32,124 nt of DNA from Dehalococcoidia bacterium (lineage in GTDB: Bacteria; Chloroflexota; Dehalococcoidia; GIF9; UBA5629): assembly GCA_007280145.1 (NCBI GenBank), contig QYPU01000040.1:1-32124 (forward strand), given 5' to 3'. Position 1 is the stretch's first letter. Every line of letters starts with the position of its first letter. Shown here piece after piece: positions 8,569 to 16,492 of this stretch. Made by a program: the position numbers and the translations under genes. The notes beneath the pieces are model-generated. The model had not been told where the DNA came from, did no database searches, and saw only the letters and a list, made by a program, of their open reading frames with translations.

Positions 8569-9909
8569 TTACTTGCCCTTCCAGTATTCCACCATCCACG
8601 GTGGCAGCTCAGCCTCTACAGTCCCAGGAAAGCTGACACCATGCCACGACCCATCTGCCGGCGGCCAAATTATAAACAGCTCTCCATCTTGATACTGAGC
8701 TCCAGTCGTGATAACATATTCCGGTCCCATTCTCACACCGTGAGCGTCATCCGTCTCCGGCCCGTACCATACTTCCCTTCCCATGACCCCAATGTAATCT
8801 GTTTTCTCCAGCTCAACAACGAGGGCATCAGCATCAAGAGTGTCCGCTCTTTCAATAGCCTCTGCTAACCTGTAAATTGCGTCGTAAAAGAAACACCAAA
8901 CGGTCTGAGGTTTCTCACCATATTTCTGTGTAAATTTGTCAAAGAATGGGATAGTTTTTTCTGTCACTGCAACTGGCTCGCTGCTCCCGGCCAGCGTAGC
9001 GAGGTAATTTCCCAGGCCGTGAGTGCTTTCCATGAAGGTATCATAAGGAGCCTCGCCATTACAACCAACTAAAGCTGCTGGTATTTGAAGCTCATCCCAC
9101 TGCTTGGCTACAACCATGCTAGATGGCCCATACATAATGTGAAAGATGATTTGAGCCCCGGCATCTTTTATCGCCAGCAACTCGGCACTAACATCGGTCG
9201 CCGTCGTAGATGGCCTCCATACCCCAATATTCTCACAACCAGCTTCAGTAATGAAATAATCAGCAGCCTTGACCATGGGCTCAACCCACTCTGCCTTGTC
9301 CATCATAACAGCTACCTTTGGAGTCTCAATGCCAAGCTCTTCCCTTACCAGGTCAGCGAATTGCGGAATAGCACAATAATAGTACGGAACAGCCTCCTTA
9401 CTACTATAGTAGGCCCTAAACCAGTACTTGTAGCGCTCATAATCTTCCTTGACACGGTCTGCCATGGGGGTACCAGCCCCCTCAGTTATGAAGATTTTCT
9501 TGTAGTCCATGGCAACATCCTGCATGGCCAATACAGGCTCTGTGTTCCAAGACCCGACTATGAAGTCAACCTTGTTAACCGTAATTGCCCTCTCAATCGC
9601 CAATGCTGCATCAGGCACGCTTGTAAGTTCATTTGTGTCGACTTTAACTAGCTCTAGAGGTCGCTTGACACCTCCCACTGACACACCACCAGCTTCATTT
9701 ATTTCCTCAGCCGCTATCGTACAATTCCACCATATCTGCTCCCCTGACGAATGTGTCATTGGTCCAGTGATTGCTATCTTTATAGGCTCCCCCTGTGTCG
9801 GCGTCGGTTCCTCTGCTGCCGGCGCTTTTTCCGCTGGCGCCGGAGCACAACCAAACACTAAAGCCACCAAAGATACTACTACCACCACCATCCAAAATGC
9901 CTTTCTCAT
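8569..9909 (-). CDS. LIV-family ABC substrate-binding lipoprotein (module A)
   Basis: Signal peptide with lipobox LVFGC, Pro/Ala linker, IKIAITGPMT, AAEEINEAGG. Start re-called at ATG 9909 (AGGAGGT at 9914-9920). Confidence 0.88.
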   Translation of the reverse strand: MRKAFWMVVVVVSLVALVFGCAPAPAEKAPAAEEPTPTQGEPIKIAITGPMTHSSGEQIWWNCTIAAEEINEAGGVSVGGVKRPLELVKVDTNELTSVPDAALAIERAITVNKVDFIVGSWNTEPVLAMQDVAMDYKKIFITEGAGTPMADRVKEDYERYKYWFRAYYSSKEAVPYYYCAIPQFADLVREELGIETPKVAVMMDKAEWVEPMVKAADYFITEAGCENIGVWRPSTTATDVSAELLAIKDAGAQIIFHIMYGPSSMVVAKQWDELQIPAALVGCNGEAPYDTFMESTHGLGNYLATLAGSSEPVAVTEKTIPFFDKFTQKYGEKPQTVWCFFYDAIYRLAEAIERADTLDADALVVELEKTDYIGVMGREVWYGPETDDAHGVRMGPEYVITTGAQYQDGELFIIWPPADGSWHGVSFPGTVEAELPPWMVEYWKGK

Positions 9910-9959
9910 TTTAACCTCCTTACAATATGGAATATTTTTGCCCTTGTGAAAAACCATCT

Positions 9960-9995
9960 CTATCTTAAACTGCACATGACTATAGCACCTCCTTT
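9960..9995 (-). promoter_or_regulatory. Orphan strong Shine-Dalgarno with 5-codon minigene (MCSLR*) upstream of binding-protein gene
   Basis: AAAGGAGGTG (9986-9995), 8 nt, ATG TGC AGT TTA AGA TAG (9977-9960). Confidence 0.5.
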
Positions 9996-10004
9996 CTCAA
10001 CGTC

Positions 10005-10370
10005 TCAGCCTCCACTGGATATGTTTTTTGTACAAACACACTGTGCAAGAATGAGCTCAGCTTGTTCTCTTATATACTCCTCCAACGTACAGCACTTCCG
10101 TAAAAGCCAGCGCCTGATTGCCCACATGTGACCGAGAACAATTATGTTATGCGCCACCACCGTAGGATTATCAATCTTGAATTCCCCGGCTTCAACCCCC
10201 CACCTCAACAACTTCTCACAAGCAGCCACGTCATGAGCTGCAGAGTCACCCCTTCTTCTCATGGCGACTTTAGTACTGCCATACCTATCCACACCACTTA
10301 TCAAAAGCTTTGGAATTGTGCCTGCAACCATTGTGGCATCTTGTTGATTAGCGTTTTTTGTTCTTGCCAT
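10005..10370 (-). pseudogene. Chimeric remnant: acyl-CoA synthetase N-terminus fused in frame to a TetR C-terminal domain
   Basis: N-part TIPKLLISGVDRYGSTKVAMR resembles TISKLFKQTCDKYGSKKVALR of 17371..19314. C-part DVAACEKLLRWG...EEYIREQ is almost identical to TetR 20173..20853. No HTH and no AMP-binding core. Confidence 0.8.
10063..10243. repeat. 181-bp direct repeat, copy 1 (copy 2 at 20270..20450)
   Basis: Manual ungapped alignment: 13 mismatches, 95-bp identical core 10132-10226 = 20339-20433. Confidence 0.92.
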
Positions 10371-10371
10371 A

Positions 10372-11034
10372 TCAACCTGCTTTAACTATGCATTCGTTCG
10401 CACAAACCAGCCTCAGTGTCATCTTGACCTGCGCGCTTATATACTCCTTCAGTGTGAAGTGCTTTCTTAGAAACCACCGCTTGACCGCCCACATTTCGCC
10501 GCCGCTCACTATGATATGTGCCACCATCGTAATATCATCAACCTTAAATTCTCCGCTCATACATCCCTTGGCCAATATCTTCTCAAATAGAGCAACAGCT
10601 CTGGTGTCCCATTCCCGAATTGCTCGCTGCACCTCCGGGGGTGCATATCTTATTTCCTGATACCAGAAGCGGGTAAAACTGGGGTATTTGTCGACCCTCC
10701 TGCAAAAATCTTCGACACAATGTCGAAGTGTCTCAGTAGCACTCATTTTGTCAAAGTTAGCAAGGCCCTCCTCGAAGAAACCTTCCCACAGGACGGTGGC
10801 TTTACTTTCAATTAGCCGCAGGATGTCTTCCTTTGTCCCGATATAGTGGTAGATAGTGCCTTTGCCCATGCCACAGGCGTCCCCTATCTCTTGGACAGTT
10901 GTATTATGATAACCCTTATCGGCAAACATCTCAGCAGCATATAGAGCCAATTGGACCCTACGAGATTTAACCAACCCCTCATCGGTGCTGTAGGTACGGA
11001 TGCGTCTTTCCATGTCTGGCTTGCCTCTTGACAT
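10372..11034 (-). CDS. TetR/AcrR-family transcriptional regulator (module A)
   Basis: HTH FADKGYHNTTVQEIG..CGMGKGTIYHYIGTKEDIL; C-terminal MWAVKRW. Alternative start ATG 11013. Confidence 0.92.
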   Translation of the reverse strand: MSRGKPDMERRIRTYSTDEGLVKSRRVQLALYAAEMFADKGYHNTTVQEIGDACGMGKGTIYHYIGTKEDILRLIESKATVLWEGFFEEGLANFDKMSATETLRHCVEDFCRRVDKYPSFTRFWYQEIRYAPPEVQRAIREWDTRAVALFEKILAKGCMSGEFKVDDITMVAHIIVSGGEMWAVKRWFLRKHFTLKEYISAQVKMTLRLVCANECIVKAG

Positions 11035-11039
11035 CGACC

Positions 11040-11065
11040 GACCTGTAGGTCTAGACTCACTGGTC
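11040..11065. promoter_or_regulatory. Putative TetR operator: tandem GAC-N6-GTC boxes
   Basis: GACCTGTAGGTC (11040-11051) TA GACTCACTGGTC (11054-11065), between the -10 box and the tetR start. Confidence 0.55.
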
Positions 11066-11068
11066 GTC

Positions 11069-11098
11069 AGTGTACATCATGATATTCCTCTTTGTCAA
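11069..11098 (-). promoter_or_regulatory. Sigma70-type promoter of module A
   Basis: TTGACA (11098-11093), 18 nt, TACACT (11074-11069) on the minus strand. Confidence 0.6.
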
Positions 11099-11115
11099 TA
11101 TCTTAATTGACATAT

Positions 11116-11290
11116 TGTTGATGTTCTATGATTTTGTCACCCTCTAAGTGTTCTGTGAAAATGTCATCATGAAGGAGCAGAAGCGGTTAATGGTGTTAAA
11201 TGAGGTGGAGTCAAGCAAGATACTTGGCAGAGAGGCAGCATGGGTATTAGGTCTTTCCCTCCGCCACGCGGGGAGAACCCTAGCAGCACA
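11116..11290 (+). mobile_element. Decayed IS1202/ISNCY-like element: one end plus the first ~40 codons of a transposase
   Basis: Starts TGT; two 18-bp subterminal repeats TGTTCTATGATTTTGTCA (11122-11139) and TGTTCTGTGAAAATGTCA (11149-11166); ATG 11169 MKEQKRLMVLNEVE..GREAAWVLGLSLRH, an HTH-like transposase N-terminus; no DDE domain. Confidence 0.7.
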
Positions 11291-11353
11291 ATCGTTTCAC
11301 TTAACATTTACTTCACTCTTTGTCAAAACCCTGACACATCTTCCCGCTCAGAT

Positions 11354-12514
11354 TCAACGAGCAGGCAAGTAGCTTTTGGCAGTGTCAATCATAGTCTTGA
11401 AGTTTTCGAACTTAGCATTGGCCGGGATTGTGCAGCCTGAACTGAGAATGAATCCACCACCATCGCCAACCACGTCGATAAGTTTTTTACAATAGGCTTC
11501 CATGTCCTCGGGCGTACCGATTGCTGACAGTGATGCCGGCACATCTCCCGCAATGCACATATGGCCCTTCAGTATCTCTTTCGCCTTAAAGATATCAGTG
11601 GTACTGTCCAGTTCAGCGATGCATATTTTTTCAGGCAACTCCTTTAAATAGGGGAGGTTAAGCGTCCAGTCCTGGTCGAAGTGCATAACCGTTATGAGAC
11701 CCTCGGCAGCAAAGGCTTCGACCATCTTCTTCATATAGGGAAACTCAAAGCGCTCAAATATCTTTAGCGGGTAGTAGAAGCACCCTCCTCTCTCCAGTAC
11801 CAACATCACGCCCGGTATCCCGGTAAGACGGGCTGCCTCTATCGTATCCGTGATAAGATCATCAACCAAAGCATCCATTACCGCCTCTACCTTGTCCGGG
11901 ATTCTGTGAAGGTCCATGGTGAAAGAGGTAAGCGACCGCTTCGTAGAAAGAAACATCAGGGGTGATTCCACTATAGCACCACAAAGTGATGGTACACCCT
12001 TCTGTGCCCACGTCTCCCCTTCTCTGGCATAATGTTCCGTTTGCTTCTTAGCCCAGGCAATTATCTGTTCAGGAGGGAAGGAAGTATATCTCTCACGGTT
12101 TCTCTCAGCAAAACCAGACCAACCATACTTGATAATCTCATCATAGTTATCTACCGTCAATCGCTCTCGTTCCTCATACTGAGGCTGGGAATTCTCTGAA
12201 ACAGCAGCATCCTGCCCGGGAAACTTGTAACCTCTCGTACCCATGCTTGCCATAACACCCGAAGCAACTTTTGGCGTGAGCGCAAGGCTATATCCAGGTA
12301 ATATCATAGCATCCCAGCCACCTACTTCATCAAAGATATCCACTATAGCCTGAAGTCCTTCCTTCCAGTGCGAAATACCATAGGCTACCGTCATGCCCTT
12401 ATGGCGGGAGGGAAACATAACATCCATAAGGGGCGCCACCGGCACCCGGTCATATGGTTCAAGCTTAATTGCAGCTTCAACCCTCTCTTTCGAGGTCATA
12501 GTTTCCTTTATCAT
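11354..12514 (-). CDS. Uroporphyrinogen decarboxylase/MtaA-fold protein, putative corrinoid-dependent methyltransferase (paralog 3)
   Basis: MTSKERV..DRVPVAP, MHFDQDW, GDV, GGGFILSSGC; abuts corrinoid gene (TAAATG). Confidence 0.85.
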   Translation of the reverse strand: MIKETMTSKERVEAAIKLEPYDRVPVAPLMDVMFPSRHKGMTVAYGISHWKEGLQAIVDIFDEVGGWDAMILPGYSLALTPKVASGVMASMGTRGYKFPGQDAAVSENSQPQYEERERLTVDNYDEIIKYGWSGFAERNRERYTSFPPEQIIAWAKKQTEHYAREGETWAQKGVPSLCGAIVESPLMFLSTKRSLTSFTMDLHRIPDKVEAVMDALVDDLITDTIEAARLTGIPGVMLVLERGGCFYYPLKIFERFEFPYMKKMVEAFAAEGLITVMHFDQDWTLNLPYLKELPEKICIAELDSTTDIFKAKEILKGHMCIAGDVPASLSAIGTPEDMEAYCKKLIDVVGDGGGFILSSGCTIPANAKFENFKTMIDTAKSYLPAR

Positions 12515-13147
12515 TTACTTTGTCTCCCTGGCAAATTTCTTGCAAATCTCTACACCTTCAGGGCCATCACTGGTGAAAGCATCAGCACCAACATACTTGC
12601 CAACCTGTTCAGTAACAATCCCACCACCGACGATAATCTTTACTTTATCCCGCAACCCAGCCTCCTCTACCGCCTTAACCGTTTCCTTCATCGATTCAAA
12701 AGAAGGCGTCAATAGTCCTGACATCCCCAGAATGGGCGCCCCTGTTTCAACTAATTTATCCACAAAAATGCTCGGGGCTATATCTATCCCTAAATCATAG
12801 ACTTCAAAACCAGCCGCTGTTAGAAGCGTGCCTACAATATCCTTCCCTATATTATGTATGTCCCCCTTTACCGTACCCAATACCATCTTGCTTAACGATT
12901 CTGCTTGCTTGCCTCCTTTTAATAACGGCTCTACAACTGCCATTGCCTCCTTGAATATCTCGCCAGACACGATTAGCTCGCTGAGAAAATACTCCTTGTT
13001 CTTATAACGTCCCCCGACGATGTCCATTCCTTCGCGGCACTCATCAACTATGGACAGTGGCTCAACGCCAGCATCGATTTTCTCACGCACCAGCCTCTTT
13101 GCCTCATCCTCGTTTAATTCAGCTATGGCATCAGCTAGTTCTGACAT
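12515..13147 (-). CDS. Corrinoid (B12-binding) protein, MtaC/MtbC-like
   Basis: GDIHNIGK motif; 186/210 residues identical to 2490..3122 by manual count. Confidence 0.95.
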   Translation of the reverse strand: MSELADAIAELNEDEAKRLVREKIDAGVEPLSIVDECREGMDIVGGRYKNKEYFLSELIVSGEIFKEAMAVVEPLLKGGKQAESLSKMVLGTVKGDIHNIGKDIVGTLLTAAGFEVYDLGIDIAPSIFVDKLVETGAPILGMSGLLTPSFESMKETVKAVEEAGLRDKVKIIVGGGIVTEQVGKYVGADAFTSDGPEGVEICKKFARETK

Positions 13148-13183
13148 ATTCCCTCCTGTATTTAGTTCTCAAAAACATATTTT

Positions 13184-13211
13184 AAAACCCCATGTCACTC
13201 TTACGATGGGG
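13184..13211 (-). terminator. Possible weak intrinsic terminator between livF and the corrinoid gene
   Basis: CCCCAT..ATGGGG stem (13188-13211) followed by TTTT on the minus strand. Confidence 0.35.
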
Positions 13212-13234
13212 CCCTGGTTATCACACCAATATAC

Positions 13235-14029
13235 CTAGACCAGCCACCTCTTCCGTCTTTTGTAATGCTTTACTTCGCTGTATTTCTTCTTTTCACCCAG
13301 TTCACTAAGTCCAAGATAGAATTCCTTTACGTCAGGATTATCCATCAATTTGCTTGCAGGTCCATCAAGAACAATCTTCCCGTTCTCCATAACGTAGCCA
13401 TGGTCAGCAATAGAAAGAGCTGCTACAGCATTCTGCTCCACGAGCAAAACCGAAGCCCCCTGCTCTTCCTTAATCCTCTTCACTATATCAAAAATCTCCT
13501 CTACTATAATAGGAGCCAATCCCATCGAAGGTTCGTCAAGAAGAAAAAGCTTCGGCCTGGCCATCAAAGCGCGTGCTATCACCAGCATCTGCTGCTCCCC
13601 CCCAGAAAGATAGCCGCTCACCTGACGACAAAGGTCCTTAAGCCTGGGGAAATAGCTAAAAACCATATCTCGTTCACTGTTCAGACTTGACTCGCGTCGG
13701 CGGACATAGTGACCAGCCTCAAGGTTCTCATCAACAGTAAGATGCTCAAACACCATCCGCCCCTCCATTACCTGGCTAATTCCCATGCTGACTCTCTGCT
13801 CTGGCTCTATGTGGTCTATTCTCTTACCCCCAAACTCAATACTTCCATCAGTAACCTCACCCTCTTCCGTCTTAAGCAACCCGGATATAGCCTTGAGCAA
13901 AGTGGTCTTGCCCCCACCATTGGCTCCCAGCAGAGCAACAATACTCCTATCAGGCACATCCAGGGACACGCCCTTCAAAACCAGGATGACCTCGCTATAA
14001 CAGACTTCGATATTATTTACTCTCAGCAT
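13235..14029 (-). CDS. livF: LIV-family ABC ATP-binding subunit (LivF-like)
   Basis: GANGGGKT, LSGGEQQM, LDEPSMGLAP, LVEQN; C-terminal VKHYKRRKRW tail. Confidence 0.92.
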   Translation of the reverse strand: MLRVNNIEVCYSEVILVLKGVSLDVPDRSIVALLGANGGGKTTLLKAISGLLKTEEGEVTDGSIEFGGKRIDHIEPEQRVSMGISQVMEGRMVFEHLTVDENLEAGHYVRRRESSLNSERDMVFSYFPRLKDLCRQVSGYLSGGEQQMLVIARALMARPKLFLLDEPSMGLAPIIVEEIFDIVKRIKEEQGASVLLVEQNAVAALSIADHGYVMENGKIVLDGPASKLMDNPDVKEFYLGLSELGEKKKYSEVKHYKRRKRWLV

Positions 14030-14045
14030 AGTTCATCTTATCTGG

Positions 14046-14078
14046 ATAGAGGGCTTCCGTAATCCGGAAGCCCTCTAT
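14046..14078 (-). promoter_or_regulatory. Perfect 14-bp hairpin 3' of binding-protein gene, no U-tract
   Basis: ATAGAGGGCTTCCG (14046-14059) TAATC CGGAAGCCCTCTAT (14065-14078), 8 nt past the stop. Confidence 0.75.
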
Positions 14079-14086
14079 ATCCTAAC

Positions 14087-15361
14087 TTACAGCTTCCAGA
14101 AACTGGGGTCTTGTGCTTCCTCAGGCCAGGGTGGCATCTCCTGCCACAGCTTCAGAATCTCGAGCCCAAAATCCGGGGTGGTCTTTACGATGATGTTGGC
14201 ACGAGGCCCGCCGTGCTGCTCAGTTGACCAGGGCAGAGAGCCAATCAACCCCTCGGCAGTATATCCCTTCATCTTGTGCTCCATAATCCACTTAATGTTA
14301 TCTCCAGTAAGCCCATCGTAGCCATACTTGTCAATTGTCTTCCCAAGTATGTCATTTACCAGCATTGATCCGGCATAATTAATTATGCGAATCCAGTCTA
14401 GTGGCGGCGCATCCGGGCGGTTAGTCTCGTGGAGTTGATTAATCAGTCCTATCACCTCCACCTCGTCCGCCATCTGCAACAGGGCGCATGGGCTATGGCT
14501 CATAAGACCCGTCGTCGCCTCAGGGTCCAGCTGGCGGAAGCTCATCATCATCGTTATGAAGATGTCTACGAGCTGCGTTGAGTCTGTCAGGCCGGCTGCA
14601 TATGCCGTCTTCTGGAATATCAGCTGCGGGGCGCCGGTTAATGGCATCAGCACATAGTCGCAGTTGGCATTCTTCAGGTTAGTTACCTGTGAGGTAACAT
14701 CCATTGCCGACATGGTCATCCACTCTTCAGCAACAATAGGCCAGTTCAATTCATTCTCCAGCATCCACTTAATTGGTTTGATGGTACTTTTTGAGAAGGA
14801 TGCATCCAGACCCATTATGCCGATTCTGGGCGGTTCATCCCCTTTCCAATTGTCCTTAATCCAGGTTAGACTACAGCGGTACATGTCAGCATAGTGTGGC
14901 ATATAACCAAACATGAACGAGTCAGGTGTGTGGGGAAGCAGCACCGCATACTCAGTTGGTCCTGAGCATGGCATGTGATATCTGCTAGCTAGAGGCTTGA
15001 CGACCGGCTGATAGTTGGCGCAAGCACACGAGATATAGTGCACTTTATCCTGGTTGACCAGCTTCTCGAAACCTGATGCCGCCAGGTCATTATCATATTT
15101 AGCATCAACAACGATAAGTTCGATTTGATGACCACGGATTCCACCAAGCTCCTCGTTCACATATTTCGTCCAGTCCTCCATAGCTTCCAACCCAGGAACA
15201 GACGAAGCAGCGATTGGCCCGGTCAGGTCAGTGAGAAGGCCAATCTTTATTACCCCCTCTTGAGGCCCTGCTGGTTCCGCCTTACCACAACCTGATAGAG
15301 GCAGTGCCACCAGCAAAACCACCATCAACAAAAACACACTTATTTTCCCAATTTTAGACAT
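14087..15361 (-). CDS. LIV-family ABC substrate-binding lipoprotein (module B)
   Basis: Lipobox LSGC, IKIGLLTDLTGP, VNEELGGIRG, VDAKYD; AAGGAGG SD. Confidence 0.88.
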   Translation of the reverse strand: MSKIGKISVFLLMVVLLVALPLSGCGKAEPAGPQEGVIKIGLLTDLTGPIAASSVPGLEAMEDWTKYVNEELGGIRGHQIELIVVDAKYDNDLAASGFEKLVNQDKVHYISCACANYQPVVKPLASRYHMPCSGPTEYAVLLPHTPDSFMFGYMPHYADMYRCSLTWIKDNWKGDEPPRIGIMGLDASFSKSTIKPIKWMLENELNWPIVAEEWMTMSAMDVTSQVTNLKNANCDYVLMPLTGAPQLIFQKTAYAAGLTDSTQLVDIFITMMMSFRQLDPEATTGLMSHSPCALLQMADEVEVIGLINQLHETNRPDAPPLDWIRIINYAGSMLVNDILGKTIDKYGYDGLTGDNIKWIMEHKMKGYTAEGLIGSLPWSTEQHGGPRANIIVKTTPDFGLEILKLWQEMPPWPEEAQDPSFWKL

Positions 15362-15412
15362 TTCTCCTCCTTTTTCTTAAACTCTTAAGTAAGTATCTTG
15401 CTTCCATAATCT

Positions 15413-15435
15413 CTATCACATAGACATCACCTCCT
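15413..15435 (-). promoter_or_regulatory. Orphan strong Shine-Dalgarno with start-stop minigene upstream of binding-protein gene
   Basis: AGGAGGTG (15435-15428) ATGTCT ATG TGA TAG (15421-15413). Confidence 0.5.
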
Positions 15436-15439
15436 AAGC

Positions 15440-16489
15440 TTAATACGAAAATGGCCACAAGCGGTAGTAGGCCTTAAAAATTTGCCACCGGTGCGCCAGT
15501 CCTCTGGGCTCAAAAGTTAAAAATAAAATAATCACCAACCCAAAAATAACCAGCATTAGCGGAGCCAGCAGGCTGCCAGCACCGGGGAAAATCGTAGACA
15601 ATGAAGAAAGAAACATGGCAAGGCCATTATTCAAAGCTGAAACGAATATCACCCCGAAGAAAACTCCAGTTATAGTGCCCAGACCTCCTATGATAATGTA
15701 TCCCAGATACCAGAAGGATTGAACCAGCGTGTAGCTGTCCGGTGTAATTACCCCGCGGGCATGAGCCGCCAGCGCTCCTCCGATACCAGCAAAAGCACAG
15801 CCTATAAAGAAGGCCAGCAGCTTATAGGCCGTCAAATGAATACCCATCACTTCAGCAGCTAAGTCATTGTCACGTATAGCAATAAAGGCCCGCCCCACAT
15901 TGGTCCTGACTATATTCTTAGCCACGTAGGTAGCTATAAGCAAAGCTATGAAGACAATGTAGAAGTAGCTCTGTGTGGTAGCAAACTCAATCCCCCCCAG
16001 CTTCGGAGCCGGCGCTGACATGCCAAAAGAGCCGCCGGTAACACTCGTCCAGTGTATTATAACGTACATAATGATAAACTGCGCCGCCAGTGTAGATATG
16101 ATGAGATAAAACCCCTTAAGCCTGATGGAAGTAAGTCCTACTAGCAATCCAACCAGTCCAGCAGCGATACCAGCAACAGGCACAGCAATCCAAAATGACA
16201 GCCCCGATTGTGAAACCAGGAGAGCTGAGCTATAAGCACCAACCGCTACAAATGCGGAATGGCCTACAGAGAGCTGTCCGCAGTATCCCGTCAGGATTTG
16301 TATTCCCAGTGCGGCAATGATAATGCTCATAGTCGTGATAATTACGGTAAGCATATAGGTACCAGTAAACAGGGGAATGCAAAGACCGAAAACGATGGCT
16401 GCAGCTAGCAATATCCATTGCAGCCGGGTCCTAACAATGGCCATATCCTGCTCGTAGGTCTCATTGAAGGTTCGGCAAGGCAGATGCAC
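15440..16489 (-). CDS. livM: LIV-family ABC permease (LivM-like)
   Basis: GYCGQLSVGH, RLKGFYL, GRAFIAIRDND, IIGGLGT, FEPRGLA. Confidence 0.92.
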   Translation of the reverse strand: MHLPCRTFNETYEQDMAIVRTRLQWILLAAAIVFGLCIPLFTGTYMLTVIITTMSIIIAALGIQILTGYCGQLSVGHSAFVAVGAYSSALLVSQSGLSFWIAVPVAGIAAGLVGLLVGLTSIRLKGFYLIISTLAAQFIIMYVIIHWTSVTGGSFGMSAPAPKLGGIEFATTQSYFYIVFIALLIATYVAKNIVRTNVGRAFIAIRDNDLAAEVMGIHLTAYKLLAFFIGCAFAGIGGALAAHARGVITPDSYTLVQSFWYLGYIIIGGLGTITGVFFGVIFVSALNNGLAMFLSSLSTIFPGAGSLLAPLMLVIFGLVIILFLTFEPRGLAHRWQIFKAYYRLWPFSY

Positions 16490-16492
16490 TTC

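Noticed and set aside
11085-11115. dif/XerCD site next to the IS1202-like end
   Set aside because: No convincing match to the XerD arm TTATGTTAAAT
11148-11372. 74-aa plus-strand ORF as an intact gene
   Set aside because: Transposase-like similarity stops after about 40 codons; start lies within the IS repeat; treated as a relic
167-12514. Calling the URO-D-fold genes hemE
   Set aside because: No HemE RQAGR motif, three paralogs coupled to corrinoid proteins, and no tetrapyrrole genes nearby
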